Assembly (NCBI GenBank): GCA_046290465.1
Contig: JBKAGP010000001.1
Location: 5,600,001-5,664,000, forward strand
Length of the DNA: 64,000 bases
Source: Planctomycetota bacterium
Lineage (GTDB): Bacteria; Planctomycetota; UBA1135; UBA2386
Reading direction: 5' to 3'
The notes under the pieces are model-generated. The model searched no databases. It saw only the letters and a list, made by a program, of their open reading frames with translations, and was not told the origin of the DNA. Both the position numbers and the translations under genes were made by a program. This document shows, piece by piece, positions 1 to 11,401 of this stretch (position 1 is its first letter; the number at the start of each line of letters is the position of its first letter).

Positions 1-150
1 CTGGGCGATCTCCGCGTGGTCCTGGCCCGGCAGCGCCGCGGCGCAGGCGGCGGCGAGCGTGACGAACGAAACGAGACGGGTCCGGTTCATGGCGCCACCA
101 TACGCACGCGTCGGCGTGGAAGATGGCGCGTCCTTGTCCCGTCTGCCCGG

Positions 151-1992
<1,842 letters not shown>

Positions 1993-2292
1993 GGGCTCGT
2001 TCGAGACGGGGGACGAGGAAACGAGGACCAGGAAATCCTACCACCCTGACGTTGCGGGAAGCACGCTGACCGCGACGCCCGCACGCCGCCTCAGTTGCGT
2101 CAAGCCGAATGCCAGTCCGCCAGGGCCGGCATCGCCGACGCGCCCGGCATCACCGGGGTGCAGGCCTTGCGCCTTCACCAGCGGCACGGCCAGCTGCTGC
2201 TGGAGCACGACGCCTGCGCTGACCGGGCCGCCGCCGTGCTCCACGCGCACCTCGCCGAGACGTCGGACCGGTTGGCGGGATGGTTCGGCGAC

Positions 2293-2326
2293 AAAACCCA
2301 ACGGACCCCAAAACCCAACGGACCCC
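2293..2326. repeat. 17-bp direct repeat x2 (AAAACCCAACGGACCCC)
   Basis: Copies at 2293-2309 and 2310-2326; the second runs into the terminator stem. Confidence 0.85.
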
Positions 2327-2356
2327 GCCACTGGCCTGGCCGGTGGCGGGGTCCGT
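2318..2356 (-). terminator. Long hairpin, probable terminator of the aldehyde dehydrogenase gene
   Basis: ACGGACCCCGCCACTGGCC / GGCCGGTGGCGGGGTCCGT inverted repeat (1 mismatch), followed on the minus strand by TGGGTTTT. Confidence 0.7.
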
Positions 2357-2404
2357 GAGGTTTCGACGGGCAACCGAAGTTGCGAACCGAACCTGCGAAC
2401 CGGG

Positions 2405-3928
2405 TTAGCCGAACTGGATGCCCTGGGCGAGGGGGAGGCTGGTGCCCCAGTTGATGGTCTGGGTCTGGCGGCGCATGTAGGCCTTCCAGCTGTCGGAGCC
2501 GGACTCGCGGCCGCCGCCGGTCTCCTTCTCGCCGCCGAAGGCACCGCCGATCTCGGCGCCCGACGTGCCGATGTTGACGTTGGCGATGCCGCAGTCGCTG
2601 CCGATCGCCGACGTGAAGCGCTCGGCGGCGCGCACGTCGTTGGTGAAGATCGCGCTGCTCAGGCCCTGCGGCACGTCGTTGTTGCGCGCGATCGCCTCGT
2701 CGAGCGAACGGATCGGGATCAGGTAGAGGATCGGCGCGAACGTCTCCTCCTTGCAGATCGGCAGCGTCTCGGGGCAGCGCACGATCGTCGGCTGCACGTA
2801 GGCGCCGCCCTGGATCGTCGGCGCGACGCGCGCGCGCTTGCCGCCCTGCACGACCTTGCCGCCCTGCTCCCGGGCCGCGGCGATCGCGTCGCTGTAGGCC
2901 TGCGCCGACGCGTCGTCGATCAGCGGGCCGACCAGCGTCTTGGTCTCGAACGGGTTGCCGATCTTGCAGGTCTTGTAGGCCTTGATCAGGCGCGCCTGCA
3001 GCTTGTCGATGACCTTCTTGTGCACCAGCACGCGGCGCGTCGTGGTGCAGCGCTGGCCCGCCGTGCCGACCGCGCCGAACACGATTGCGCGCACCGCCAG
3101 GTCGAGGTCGCAGTCGTCCATGACGATGATTGCGTTGTTGCCGCCGAGCTCCAGCAGCGAACGGCCGAACCGCTGCGCGACGCGCGGGCCGACGATACGG
3201 CCCATGCGGGTGCTGCCGGTCGCCGACACCAGCGGCACGCGAGGGTCGTCGAGCAGCGCCGAGCCGACCGTCAGGTCCGGCCCGATCACGCAGCTGACCA
3301 GCGGCGCCCACTCCTTGCCGAGCACCTTCGCCGCGATGTTGGTCATCGCGATCGCCGTCAGCGGCGTCTTCAGCGACGGCTTCCAGATGCAGCTGTCGCC
3401 GCACACCAGCGCCAGCATCGCGTTCCACGCCCACACCGCGATCGGGAAGTTGAAGGCCGTGATGATGCCGACGTTGCCGAGCGGCTGCCACATCTCACGC
3501 ATGTGGTGCTGGTCGCGCTCGCTCTGGATCGTCAGGCCGTAGAGCTGGCGTGACAGACCGACCGCGAAGTCGGCGATGTCGATGCACTCCTGCGCCTCGC
3601 CGAGGCCCTCCTGCACGATCTTGCCGGCCTCGAGCGTCACCAGCTTGCCGAGCAGTTCCTTGTGCTCGCGGAACGCGTTGCCGATGCGGCGCACGTATTC
3701 GCCGCGCTGCGGCGCCGGCAGCTCGCGCCACTTCAAGAACGTCGCGTGCGCCTTCTTGCTGATGGCGGCGTAGTCGGCCGGCGTCGCCATGCGGACCTTG
3801 CCGACCTCCTTGCCGTGGACGGGCGACTTGACCGAGAGCAGTTCGCCCTTGGTCTTGCGCCAGGTGCCATCGAAGGCGCCACTGTGGATCTTGTTGACGC
3901 CGAGCTTCTTCAGGAAGGTGGTGTTCAT
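2405..3928 (-). CDS. Aldehyde dehydrogenase, ALDH7/antiquitin (piperideine-6-carboxylate dehydrogenase-like)
   Basis: ITAFNFP, ATGSTRMG, LELGGNNA, GTAGQRCTT, ETFAPILY, SGAEIGGAFGGEKETGGGRESGSDSWKAYMRR, LPLAQGIQFG; start moved to MNTTFLKKLG. Confidence 0.93.
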   Translation of the reverse strand: MNTTFLKKLGVNKIHSGAFDGTWRKTKGELLSVKSPVHGKEVGKVRMATPADYAAISKKAHATFLKWRELPAPQRGEYVRRIGNAFREHKELLGKLVTLEAGKIVQEGLGEAQECIDIADFAVGLSRQLYGLTIQSERDQHHMREMWQPLGNVGIITAFNFPIAVWAWNAMLALVCGDSCIWKPSLKTPLTAIAMTNIAAKVLGKEWAPLVSCVIGPDLTVGSALLDDPRVPLVSATGSTRMGRIVGPRVAQRFGRSLLELGGNNAIIVMDDCDLDLAVRAIVFGAVGTAGQRCTTTRRVLVHKKVIDKLQARLIKAYKTCKIGNPFETKTLVGPLIDDASAQAYSDAIAAAREQGGKVVQGGKRARVAPTIQGGAYVQPTIVRCPETLPICKEETFAPILYLIPIRSLDEAIARNNDVPQGLSSAIFTNDVRAAERFTSAIGSDCGIANVNIGTSGAEIGGAFGGEKETGGGRESGSDSWKAYMRRQTQTINWGTSLPLAQGIQFG

Positions 3929-4046
3929 TCGCGAGGCACTGTCCACGCCCGGCGGCGGCGAGACAAGCCTTGTCGGCGCAAGCCCGCCGATCGCGTCCTG
4001 CCGACCCAGACCCAAGGACCCAGACCCAAAGACCCACACCCGCCGC

Positions 4047-4088
4047 CGATCCAGGCCCGACGATCCAGACCCGACGATCCAGACCCGA
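4047..4088. repeat. 14-bp tandem repeat x3 (CGATCCAG[A/G]CCCGA), preceded by degenerate GACCCA repeats
   Basis: Units at 4047, 4061 and 4075 in the intergenic region. Confidence 0.85.
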
Positions 4089-4125
4089 CGAGCCACGGCC
4101 GCCATGCGAGCCCCCACCAACGCAA

Positions 4126-4161
4126 ACCGGCCCGCAGCGCCACGAGGCGCTGCGGGCCGGT
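4126..4161 (-). terminator. Intrinsic terminator hairpin
   Basis: Perfect 16-bp stem ACCGGCCCGCAGCGCC / GGCGCTGCGGGCCGGT with 4-nt loop, 40 bp downstream of the 4201 stop. Confidence 0.75.
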
Positions 4162-4200
4162 CGTCGCGGCGGGCAACAGCCCGCCGTTGCCGGATCGGGC

Positions 4201-5508
4201 CTACTGCCAGATCTGGTTGTTGTTGGCGCGGTCGAGCGCGTTCTTCAGCTTGCGCTGCTGCCAGCGGGCCGCGCCGCTGCACGGCGGGGTGAACGGGTTG
4301 GCGCACAGGCTCGCGACCGCCTGCTGCATCAGGTCGGCGATCGTCATCTGGCCGAGGCACGGGTCGTCGATGACGCAGTTGGCGTCGACGAAGCCGACCG
4401 TGACGTTGTTGTGCATCGCGACGAGCTGGGCCGACAGCATGTAGGCCATGTTCCAGCTGCGGGCGCGGCGCATCCAGCGGCGGTATTCGCACAGGTTGCT
4501 CGGCGCGACGTACTGGCCGCAGTGGTTGACGATGCACAGGTTCGGCAGCATCGCGAGGATGCCGTACTGGTCGACCAGCTGGCGGCCGTGGCGGTTGCGC
4601 CAGAAGCCGATCGTGCGGGCGTCGCAGTTCATCTGCGACATCGCGACGCCGAAGTCGCCGCCTTCCTTGTCGGCGCAGGCGCAGGCCTCGATCGCGTTGG
4701 CGGTGCTGCCGGTCGCGACGTAGCCGGCCTGCAGCGTCAGTTCGACGGTGAAGCTGCCCTCACCGGCGTTCTCGAACCGGTAGTCGCCGTTGCCGTCGGT
4801 CAGCGTGCTGATCGAGTTGACGCCGTCGACGAGCTTGACCTCCCAGCCGGCGAGGCCGAGCTCACCGTTGTCCTGGACGCCGTTGCCGTTGTCGTCGGCG
4901 AACACCGTGCCGGTGATGTCGCCGCCGTTGCCGTCGCCGATGCGGAAGCTGTGGTACGAACGCACGCGGCAGGCGCCGGTTGCCGGGTCGAGGCCGCCGG
5001 CCAGCAGGTACGGGTTCTCCGGACCGTTGGTCAGGTCCCAGCTGTCGCCGTACCAGACCTTGAAGTTGCACTGCGAGTACTGCGAGGCGCGGAACGGGTT
5101 GAGCAGCAGGCTCTGGCCATTGCCGTTCAGGCCGGTGCCGAGCGTGATCTGCGCCGGGTTGCTCGAGAACGGGAACGACAGCGTGATCACGCCGCCCTGG
5201 TTGTCGACCGTGACGAAGCGGTCCATCGGGTCGTTCTCGGAGACGACCTCGTCCATGCCGTTGATCGGCGTGTCCGTGACGTGCACGTAGTAGGTGCCGC
5301 TCGGCAGGTTCGGATCGAACGCCAGGTAGACCTCTTCGGTCGGGACCAGGAACGTGTTCTCGTTGGCGACCGGGTCGAAGGTCGTGCTCAGTTCGTTGCC
5401 GGCCGCGTCCACGATGTGGACCGGGTAGGTGTTGTCGGAACAGAACTGGGCGGTGGCGGAGCTGGCGAGGGCGGTCGCGGCAGCAAGGGCGAGGAATCGG
5501 TTGCTCAT
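4201..5508 (-). CDS. Secreted Cys-rich protein with SdrD B-like (Cna-B) domain
   Basis: Signal peptide MSNRFLALAAATALASSATAQ; ITGTVFADDNGNGVQDNGELGLAGWEVKL...TDGNGDYRF; C-terminal TIGFWRN...LKNALDRANN region. Confidence 0.8.
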   Translation of the reverse strand: MSNRFLALAAATALASSATAQFCSDNTYPVHIVDAAGNELSTTFDPVANENTFLVPTEEVYLAFDPNLPSGTYYVHVTDTPINGMDEVVSENDPMDRFVTVDNQGGVITLSFPFSSNPAQITLGTGLNGNGQSLLLNPFRASQYSQCNFKVWYGDSWDLTNGPENPYLLAGGLDPATGACRVRSYHSFRIGDGNGGDITGTVFADDNGNGVQDNGELGLAGWEVKLVDGVNSISTLTDGNGDYRFENAGEGSFTVELTLQAGYVATGSTANAIEACACADKEGGDFGVAMSQMNCDARTIGFWRNRHGRQLVDQYGILAMLPNLCIVNHCGQYVAPSNLCEYRRWMRRARSWNMAYMLSAQLVAMHNNVTVGFVDANCVIDDPCLGQMTIADLMQQAVASLCANPFTPPCSGAARWQQRKLKNALDRANNNQIWQ

Positions 5509-5751
5509 GATGTCGGTCAGAGTGAGGAGAGTTGCAGTCGGGTGTGCTCGGAAGGGCGTAGCACCAGGCGGGGTGCCGTCCTGGCTTCTTCCGCGGATAG
5601 GTAACCCCGCTTTTGACGCCTCAGCGGATCTCGGCGGCGGCGCCGCGAACGGCCGTCGCGGAGCGCCCCATGCCACCGCCGATTCGCGCGTCCCTTCGCG
5701 AGACGGCACTGCACACTTTTTGTTGCGGGGGCGCTCTGCTACCAACGGAGC

Positions 5752-7734
5752 GTGCTGGAACAGTTCCTGCTCGAACTGGCGCTGCTGTTCGCGTTGTGCG
5801 TCGCCGTCGCGGTGACGTTCCACCGGCTGCGGCTGCCGCCGATCGTCGGCTTCCTGGTCGCCGGCGTAGTCGTCGGCCCCCATGCCGTGGGCCTCGTGCA
5901 CCACGAGGAGCTGGTGCGCGAGCTGGCCGAGGTCGGCATCGTGGTGCTGCTGTTCGCGGTCGGCCTCGAGGTGCCGCTGCGGCAGCTGCGCCGGCTGCGG
6001 CGCGCGATCGTGCTCGGCGGCGGCGTGCAGATCGTGGCGACCATCGCGCTGGCGGCCGGTGCCTGCCTGCTGCTCGGCCTGGACGCGCGCCAGTCGCTGT
6101 TCCTCGGGTTCCTGCTGAGCCTGTCGAGCACCGCGGCGGCGACCAAGATGCTGGTCGACCACGGCGAGCTCGGCGCGCCGCACGGGCGCACCGTGCTCGG
6201 GGTCGCGGTCGCGCAGGACCTGGCGGTGGTGCCGATGATCGTGCTGATCCCGCTGCTCGGCAGCGGCGGCGGCGGCGGCGAACAGGAAGGCGCGACGCCG
6301 CAGGTGTTCGGCAACCTCGCGCTGCTCGCCGGCCTCGTCGTGCTCGCCAAGCTGCTGGTCAAGCCGCTGGTCGCGCTGGTCTGCGGCACGCGCAACCGCG
6401 AGCTGTTCGTGCTGTTCCTGGCGACCTGGTGCCTGGGCCTCGCCGCGATCACCGCGCACCTCGGCATGTCGCTGGCGCTCGGCGCGTTCCTCGCCGGCAT
6501 CCTGCTCGCCGACAGCGACCACCACAGCCAGGCAGCGGCCGAGGTCGAGCCGTTCCGCGACGCGTTCGCGAGCCTGTTCTTCGTGTCGATCGGCATGCTG
6601 TTCGACTGGCAGACGATCGCGTCGGCGCCGGGCACCGTCGCGGCGATCGTGGTCGCGGTCGTGCTCGGCAAGGCGGTCGTCGTGCTGGCCGCGGCGTGGC
6701 TGCTGGGCCAGCCGTTCTGGGTGCGCGTGCGCGCCGCGCTGACGCTGGCGCAGGTCGGGGAGTTCTCGTTCGTGCTGGTGCAGCTCGGCAAACAGAACGC
6801 GCTGCTGCCGGGCTCGGCCGAGGCGCTGTTCGTGGTCGCGGCGGTGGTGTCGATCGCCGCGACGCCGCTGCTCTACGCGCTCGGCCAGCGGCTGGCGCTG
6901 CGGGCGCGCGGGTCGACGGCGGCGGCGCGTGAGCCGGCCGCCGACGAGGGCCGCACCGCCCATGCGGTGATCGTCGGCTTCGGGCCGACCGGCCGGGTCG
7001 TCGCGGCCGGGCTCGCGTCCGCCAGGATCCCGTACGTGGTCGCCGAGATGAACGCGGCGACGGTGCGCGCCGAGAAGGAGCGCGGCGTGCCGATCGTGCT
7101 CGCCGACGCGACCCGGATCTCGGTGCTCAACAGCCTCGGCGTCACCCGCGCGCAGCTGGTCGTGCTGGCGATCAACGACGGCACGGCGACGCGGCGGATC
7201 GCGCAGCTGGTCAGCCAGCACGCGCCGCACGCGCACATCCTGGCGCGCGCCTCGTACGAGAACGAGGTCGCCCCGCTGCAGCGCAGCGGCGCGCACGAGG
7301 TCGTGCCGCAGGAACTGGAGGCGTCGGTCGAGATCCTGGTGCGGGTGCTGCGCCGCTTCCTGGTCACCGACGACGAGATCGGCCGCCAGGTGCGCGCCGT
7401 GCGCGACCGCGCCGGCGCCGGTGGTCGTGCCGCCGACGTGCCGGGCAGCGCGGTCGACGACGTCACCGGGTTCGTGCCGGGGCTCGCGTTCGCGGTGCGG
7501 CGGGTGCAGGCCGGCGCGCCGGTCGCCGGCCGCACGCTGGCCGAGTCGGGGGTGCGCCGCCATACCGGCTGCAGCGTCGTCGCGGTCCGTCGCGGCGAGG
7601 AGAGCATCGCCGCGGTCCATCCCGAGACGGTGCTCGAGGTCGGCGATACCGTGGTCGTCATCGGGCCGCAGTTGCGCCTCGCGGACGCCGCGGAGATGTT
7701 CGCGGCGCCGTCGTCCGATCCGACGCATACCTGA
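5752..7734 (+). CDS. CPA2-family cation:proton antiporter (KefB/KefC-like) with TrkA-N and TrkA-C (RCK) domains
   Basis: Many TM helices, LSSTA, QDLAVVP, LGAFLAG, LAQVGEFSFVL; cytoplasmic VIVGFGPTG and C-terminal GCSVVAVRRG. Confidence 0.92.
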   Translation: MLEQFLLELALLFALCVAVAVTFHRLRLPPIVGFLVAGVVVGPHAVGLVHHEELVRELAEVGIVVLLFAVGLEVPLRQLRRLRRAIVLGGGVQIVATIALAAGACLLLGLDARQSLFLGFLLSLSSTAAATKMLVDHGELGAPHGRTVLGVAVAQDLAVVPMIVLIPLLGSGGGGGEQEGATPQVFGNLALLAGLVVLAKLLVKPLVALVCGTRNRELFVLFLATWCLGLAAITAHLGMSLALGAFLAGILLADSDHHSQAAAEVEPFRDAFASLFFVSIGMLFDWQTIASAPGTVAAIVVAVVLGKAVVVLAAAWLLGQPFWVRVRAALTLAQVGEFSFVLVQLGKQNALLPGSAEALFVVAAVVSIAATPLLYALGQRLALRARGSTAAAREPAADEGRTAHAVIVGFGPTGRVVAAGLASARIPYVVAEMNAATVRAEKERGVPIVLADATRISVLNSLGVTRAQLVVLAINDGTATRRIAQLVSQHAPHAHILARASYENEVAPLQRSGAHEVVPQELEASVEILVRVLRRFLVTDDEIGRQVRAVRDRAGAGGRAADVPGSAVDDVTGFVPGLAFAVRRVQAGAPVAGRTLAESGVRRHTGCSVVAVRRGEESIAAVHPETVLEVGDTVVVIGPQLRLADAAEMFAAPSSDPTHT

Positions 7735-7735
7735 C

Positions 7736-8935
7736 ATGAAGCTCAACTACACGATGATGGCGCTGGTCTGCATGGGCCTGTCGGTGCCGCTCGTCTACCA
7801 CCTGGCGACCCGCAACGACGGCGGCGAGGCGCCGACCGTGCGGTTTGCGACGTTCAACCTGGCGCTCAACCGGGCCGAGCCCGGGGCGCTGCTGGCAGAG
7901 CTGCGCGGCGGCGGCAGCGAGCCCGCGCGGCAGCTGGCCGAGATCGTGCAGCGCACACAGGTCGACGTGATCCTGCTCAACGAACTCGACCGCGACGACG
8001 CCGGCGCGGCGATGCACGTGTTCGCCGACGAGTACCTTTCGGTCTCGCAGGGCGCGCAGGACCCGATCGCGTTCCCGTATCGTTACGTGGCGCCGGTCAA
8101 CACCGGCGTGCCGTCCGGCAAGGACCTCGACGGCGACGGCAAGGTCGAGGGGCCGCAGGACGCGTTCGGCTACGGCCGCTTCCCCGGCCAGTACGGCATG
8201 GCGCTGCTGTCGCGCTACCCGATCCTCGAGGATCGCGTGCGCACGTTCCAGCAGGTCCGGTGGAGCGCGATGCCGGACGCGCTGCGGCCCGACGGCTACT
8301 ACCCCGACGACGTCTGGCAGCACCTGCGGCTGTCCTCGAAGAGCCACTGGGACGTGCCGATCGGCGTCGGCACCACCGAGGACGGCTACGTGGTGCACGC
8401 GCTGTGCAGCCACCCGACGCCGCCGGCGTTCGACGGCGACGAGGATCGCAACGGTTGCCGCAACCACGACGAGATCCGCTTCTGGGTCGACTACCTCACG
8501 CCCGATCGTGCCGGTTGGATCGTCGACGATGCGGGGGCTGCGGGTGGGCTTGCGGCGGGGGAGTCGTTCGTGGTGATGGGGGACCTCAACTGCGATCCGG
8601 TCGACGGCGACGCGCGGCGCGAGGCGCTGCTGGCGCTGCTGGCGCATGCGCGCGTGCAGGATCCGCAGCCGAAGAGCCTCGGTGGGCCCGAGCAGAAGAT
8701 GAAGCAGTTCGGCGTCAACATGCAGCATCGTGGCGACGCCGCGCTCGACACCGGCGACTTCGGCGACAAGCCGGGCGAAGGGCCGGGCAACCTGCGCGTC
8801 GACTACGTGCTGCCGTCGAGCGACCTGAAGGTGACGCGAGCCGGCGTGTTCTGGCCGCAGGCGTTCGAGCAGACGCTGCAGCTGGCGGAGGCGTCCGACC
8901 ACCGGCTGGTCTGGGTCGAATTCGCGGGTCGGTAA
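7736..8935 (+). CDS. Endonuclease/exonuclease/phosphatase (EEP) family protein, exported
   Basis: ATFN, LLNELD, RLSSKSHWDVPI, HPTPPAFDG, GDLN, LRVDYVLPS, ASDH motifs; N-terminal hydrophobic anchor. Confidence 0.9.
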   Translation: MKLNYTMMALVCMGLSVPLVYHLATRNDGGEAPTVRFATFNLALNRAEPGALLAELRGGGSEPARQLAEIVQRTQVDVILLNELDRDDAGAAMHVFADEYLSVSQGAQDPIAFPYRYVAPVNTGVPSGKDLDGDGKVEGPQDAFGYGRFPGQYGMALLSRYPILEDRVRTFQQVRWSAMPDALRPDGYYPDDVWQHLRLSSKSHWDVPIGVGTTEDGYVVHALCSHPTPPAFDGDEDRNGCRNHDEIRFWVDYLTPDRAGWIVDDAGAAGGLAAGESFVVMGDLNCDPVDGDARREALLALLAHARVQDPQPKSLGGPEQKMKQFGVNMQHRGDAALDTGDFGDKPGEGPGNLRVDYVLPSSDLKVTRAGVFWPQAFEQTLQLAEASDHRLVWVEFAGR

Positions 8936-9035
8936 CGAGCGCGTCGCGCCGGCCGGTTTCGTCCGGGTTGGGTTTGGTCGGGGTGGCTGCTTGGGGCACG
9001 ATGGCGCGACGTCCCGGGCACCCCTCTCCCAGCCA

Positions 9036-10271
9036 GTGACCAACTACCTCCTGTTCGGTTTGTTCGCGGTGACCCTCCTGGGCATCGCGAGGTTCCACAA
9101 GTATGCGGTTCAGATCGCCCTGACCGGACTGGTCGGCACGCTGATCATCCGCTTCGCGGTCGGCTTCCCTCCGAGCCACCACAACGAAGACGGCACCGTG
9201 CTCGGCCACTTCGGTGGCGAGTGGAAGGAGCTCGTCAACCTGTCCGGCCTGCTGCTGGGCTTCGCGATCCTCGCCGACTACTTCGAGCGCAGCTACATGC
9301 CGGAGAAGCTCGCCGAGAAGCTGCCGACCGGCAAGATCGGGCCGTTCTTGCTGCTGCTGCTGATCGCGGTGCTGTCGGCGCTGCTCGACAACATCGCCGC
9401 GGCGCTGATCGGCGGTGCCGCCGCGATCACGCTGTTCAAGCGCAAGGTGCACATCGGCTACCTGGCGGCGATGGTCGCCGCGTCGAATGCCGGCGGCGCC
9501 GGCTCGGTGATCGGCGACACGACGACCACGATGATCTGGATCGGCGGTGCGTCGCCGCTGTGGGTGGTCGAAGCGGCGATCGGCGCGGTCGTCGCGATCT
9601 CGTTCTTCGGGATCTTCGCGAGCGCGCAACAGAACTCGCTGCAGCCGCTGATCCGTCCGACCGAGAAGTCGCCGCCGGTCGACAAGACCAAGCTGGTGAT
9701 CGTCGGCATGATCATCGTCGGCACGATCTCGACCAACATCGCGTGGAGCTTCCCCGCCGCGGGCGTGTGGATCGCGATCCTGCTGGGCCAGTTCCTCAGC
9801 AAGGCCAACTGGAAGGCGCTGCCGCACGCGGCGCACGGCATGGTGTTCCTGGTGTGCCTGGTGGCTGCCGCGTCGATGATGCCGGTCGAAGAGCTGCCGG
9901 CGCCGTCCGAGTGGACCGCGCTCGGGCTCGGGTTCGTCTCGGCGTTCTTCGACAACATCCCGCTGACCAAGCTGGCGATCGACCAGGACGGCTACGACTG
10001 GGGCCTGCTGGCCTACACGGTCGGCTACGGCGGTTCGATGCTGTGGTTCGGCTCGTCGGCCGGCGTGGCGCTGGCCGGCCTGTTCACCGAGGCCAAGTCG
10101 GTCAAGAACTGGCTGATCCACGGCTGGCACGTCGCCGTCGGCTACGTGCTCGGCTTCTTCGCGATGCTCGCCGTCATGGGCTGGCACCCGCAACAGATGC
10201 CGGGCAGCGCCGGCGACGGCCACGAAGCCCACGGCAGCGAGACCCCCGGCACACCCGACAAGGGCCACTAG
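9036..10271 (+). CDS. NhaD/CitMHS (IT superfamily) ion transporter
   Basis: LSALLDNIAAA, AASNAGGAGSVIGDTTT, SAFFDNIP, GGSMLWFGSSAGVA; GTG start inferred. Confidence 0.85.
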   Translation: MTNYLLFGLFAVTLLGIARFHKYAVQIALTGLVGTLIIRFAVGFPPSHHNEDGTVLGHFGGEWKELVNLSGLLLGFAILADYFERSYMPEKLAEKLPTGKIGPFLLLLLIAVLSALLDNIAAALIGGAAAITLFKRKVHIGYLAAMVAASNAGGAGSVIGDTTTTMIWIGGASPLWVVEAAIGAVVAISFFGIFASAQQNSLQPLIRPTEKSPPVDKTKLVIVGMIIVGTISTNIAWSFPAAGVWIAILLGQFLSKANWKALPHAAHGMVFLVCLVAAASMMPVEELPAPSEWTALGLGFVSAFFDNIPLTKLAIDQDGYDWGLLAYTVGYGGSMLWFGSSAGVALAGLFTEAKSVKNWLIHGWHVAVGYVLGFFAMLAVMGWHPQQMPGSAGDGHEAHGSETPGTPDKGH

Positions 10272-10376
10272 ATCCGTCAGGCTGGTTTCGCGTAGGTCTG
10301 GTTCGGGAACGAGACCTCTCCGACCAGCGCACGGCCGTCGGTTCGAAAGCTCCGGTCGCGGAACCGTTCTTGCCCG

Positions 10377-10463
10377 CTAGCGGGCAAAGCCCCGTCCGCA
10401 CGCCTACACGCTGCTTCCGCGATCACGGTTGGCAGCGCGTCCACTACATGGACGCGCTCCTAG
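10377..10463. repeat. 87-bp CTAG-bounded repeat (MITE/REP-like), copy 1
   Basis: 84/87 identical to the reverse complement of 48953-49039; internal palindrome AGCGCGTCCA-CTACA-TGGACGCGCT. Confidence 0.9.
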
Positions 10464-11401
10464 TGCTTGTCCATGGCCATCACGAGCAGTTCGGCGTCGG
10501 TGGCGCGGAAGGCTGTGTTGGTGAACGGGAGCAGGCAGACCGTCGGGGTGGTGACGTGGGTGACGAGGTTGCCGTCCTGCTGGTCGACGACGACCTCGAT
10601 GTCGCCGACGTGGAGCGACACGTGGGCCGGGCCGAGCAGCGCGTCGTCGCCGGCCGGCTCCAACGTGATCGAAGCTGCAAGTCGCTGGTGCAGCCAGTCG
10701 CGCAGCAGCATCGCCGTGGTGCGCGCCTCGCGGCCGTGACGGATCGTGCCGCGCACCTCGGTGCCCGGCCGCCACTCGAAGCGTTCGAACGCCTCGGCGA
10801 GCGCGCGGCGCCACGGCTGCACGCGCAGCCAGCTCAGGTCGCTGATCTGCTCGCCGCGCTCGCGCCGCTGGCGCAGCAGCTGCAGCTCGCGCTCGGGGTC
10901 GCCGAACGAACGCGAGTCGACGATCGCATGCTGGCACATCTCGGCGAGCGTCTCGAAGTTGGCGCCGTCGGTCGGCCACGGCAGCGCCCACAGCAGGTGG
11001 CTCGGCAGGTCGTCGAGGATCAGCGGACGCAGCAGGCCCGGCATCCGGTGCAGGTCCGCGCTGTGCAGCCGCAGCACGATCTGCTCGAGCACGATGTCCC
11101 GCAGCGGGCCGTGCTTGCGCGTCGTCGCCGTCAGTTCGGCGATCTCCGACGGCGAGTCCTCGTCGATCACCAACAAGAACGCCCGGCACGGCGAACGGCG
11201 CTGCAGCTGCTCGGTCGCGTCGATCAGGCAGCTGGCGTGCGGGGCGCGGGCGATGCCGACGAAGTTGGCGGTCAGCGCGCGGGCCACGTCCGAGCCCTTC
11301 TGGTCCTGCATGCACGCGTCCCACAGCTTGCTCAGCGCGTCGGGCAGCTCGGTCCACGACGCGCGGTGGGTGTCGGTGCGGTCGAACGACGGGCCGTTCA
11401 C
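10460..11401 (-). CDS. opcA: Glucose-6-phosphate dehydrogenase assembly protein OpcA
   Basis: GTG start overlaps the zwf stop (GTGA); EQIVL, LILDDLP..LLW, IVDS, DLSWLRVQPWRRALAEAF. Confidence 0.85.
   Translation of the reverse strand: MNGPSFDRTDTHRASWTELPDALSKLWDACMQDQKGSDVARALTANFVGIARAPHASCLIDATEQLQRRSPCRAFLLVIDEDSPSEIAELTATTRKHGPLRDIVLEQIVLRLHSADLHRMPGLLRPLILDDLPSHLLWALPWPTDGANFETLAEMCQHAIVDSRSFGDPERELQLLRQRRERGEQISDLSWLRVQPWRRALAEAFERFEWRPGTEVRGTIRHGREARTTAMLLRDWLHQRLAASITLEPAGDDALLGPAHVSLHVGDIEVVVDQQDGNLVTHVTTPTVCLLPFTNTAFRATDAELLVMAMDKH

Noticed and set aside
2095..2358. 87-aa ORF between the FG-GAP and ALDH genes
   Set aside because: No SD or recognisable motif, and it runs through a repeat and the terminator hairpin
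4047..4088. Short repeats considered as a CRISPR array
   Set aside because: Contiguous tandem units without spacers; no cas genes in the window
5595..5715. Possible c-di-GMP-I riboswitch on the minus strand (GGGACGC ... AGCGGGGTTACC) upstream of the SdrD-like gene
   Set aside because: Lacks the GCAAAC/GNRA P2 and CGCAAAG elements and the spacing is too long; an Rfam cmsearch would settle it
8940..9020. Possible Na+/Li+ (nhaA-type) riboswitch before the NhaD-like transporter
   Set aside because: Only a short CGTCGCGCC/GGCGCGACG pairing and a GGTCGGG word; no convincing conserved structure
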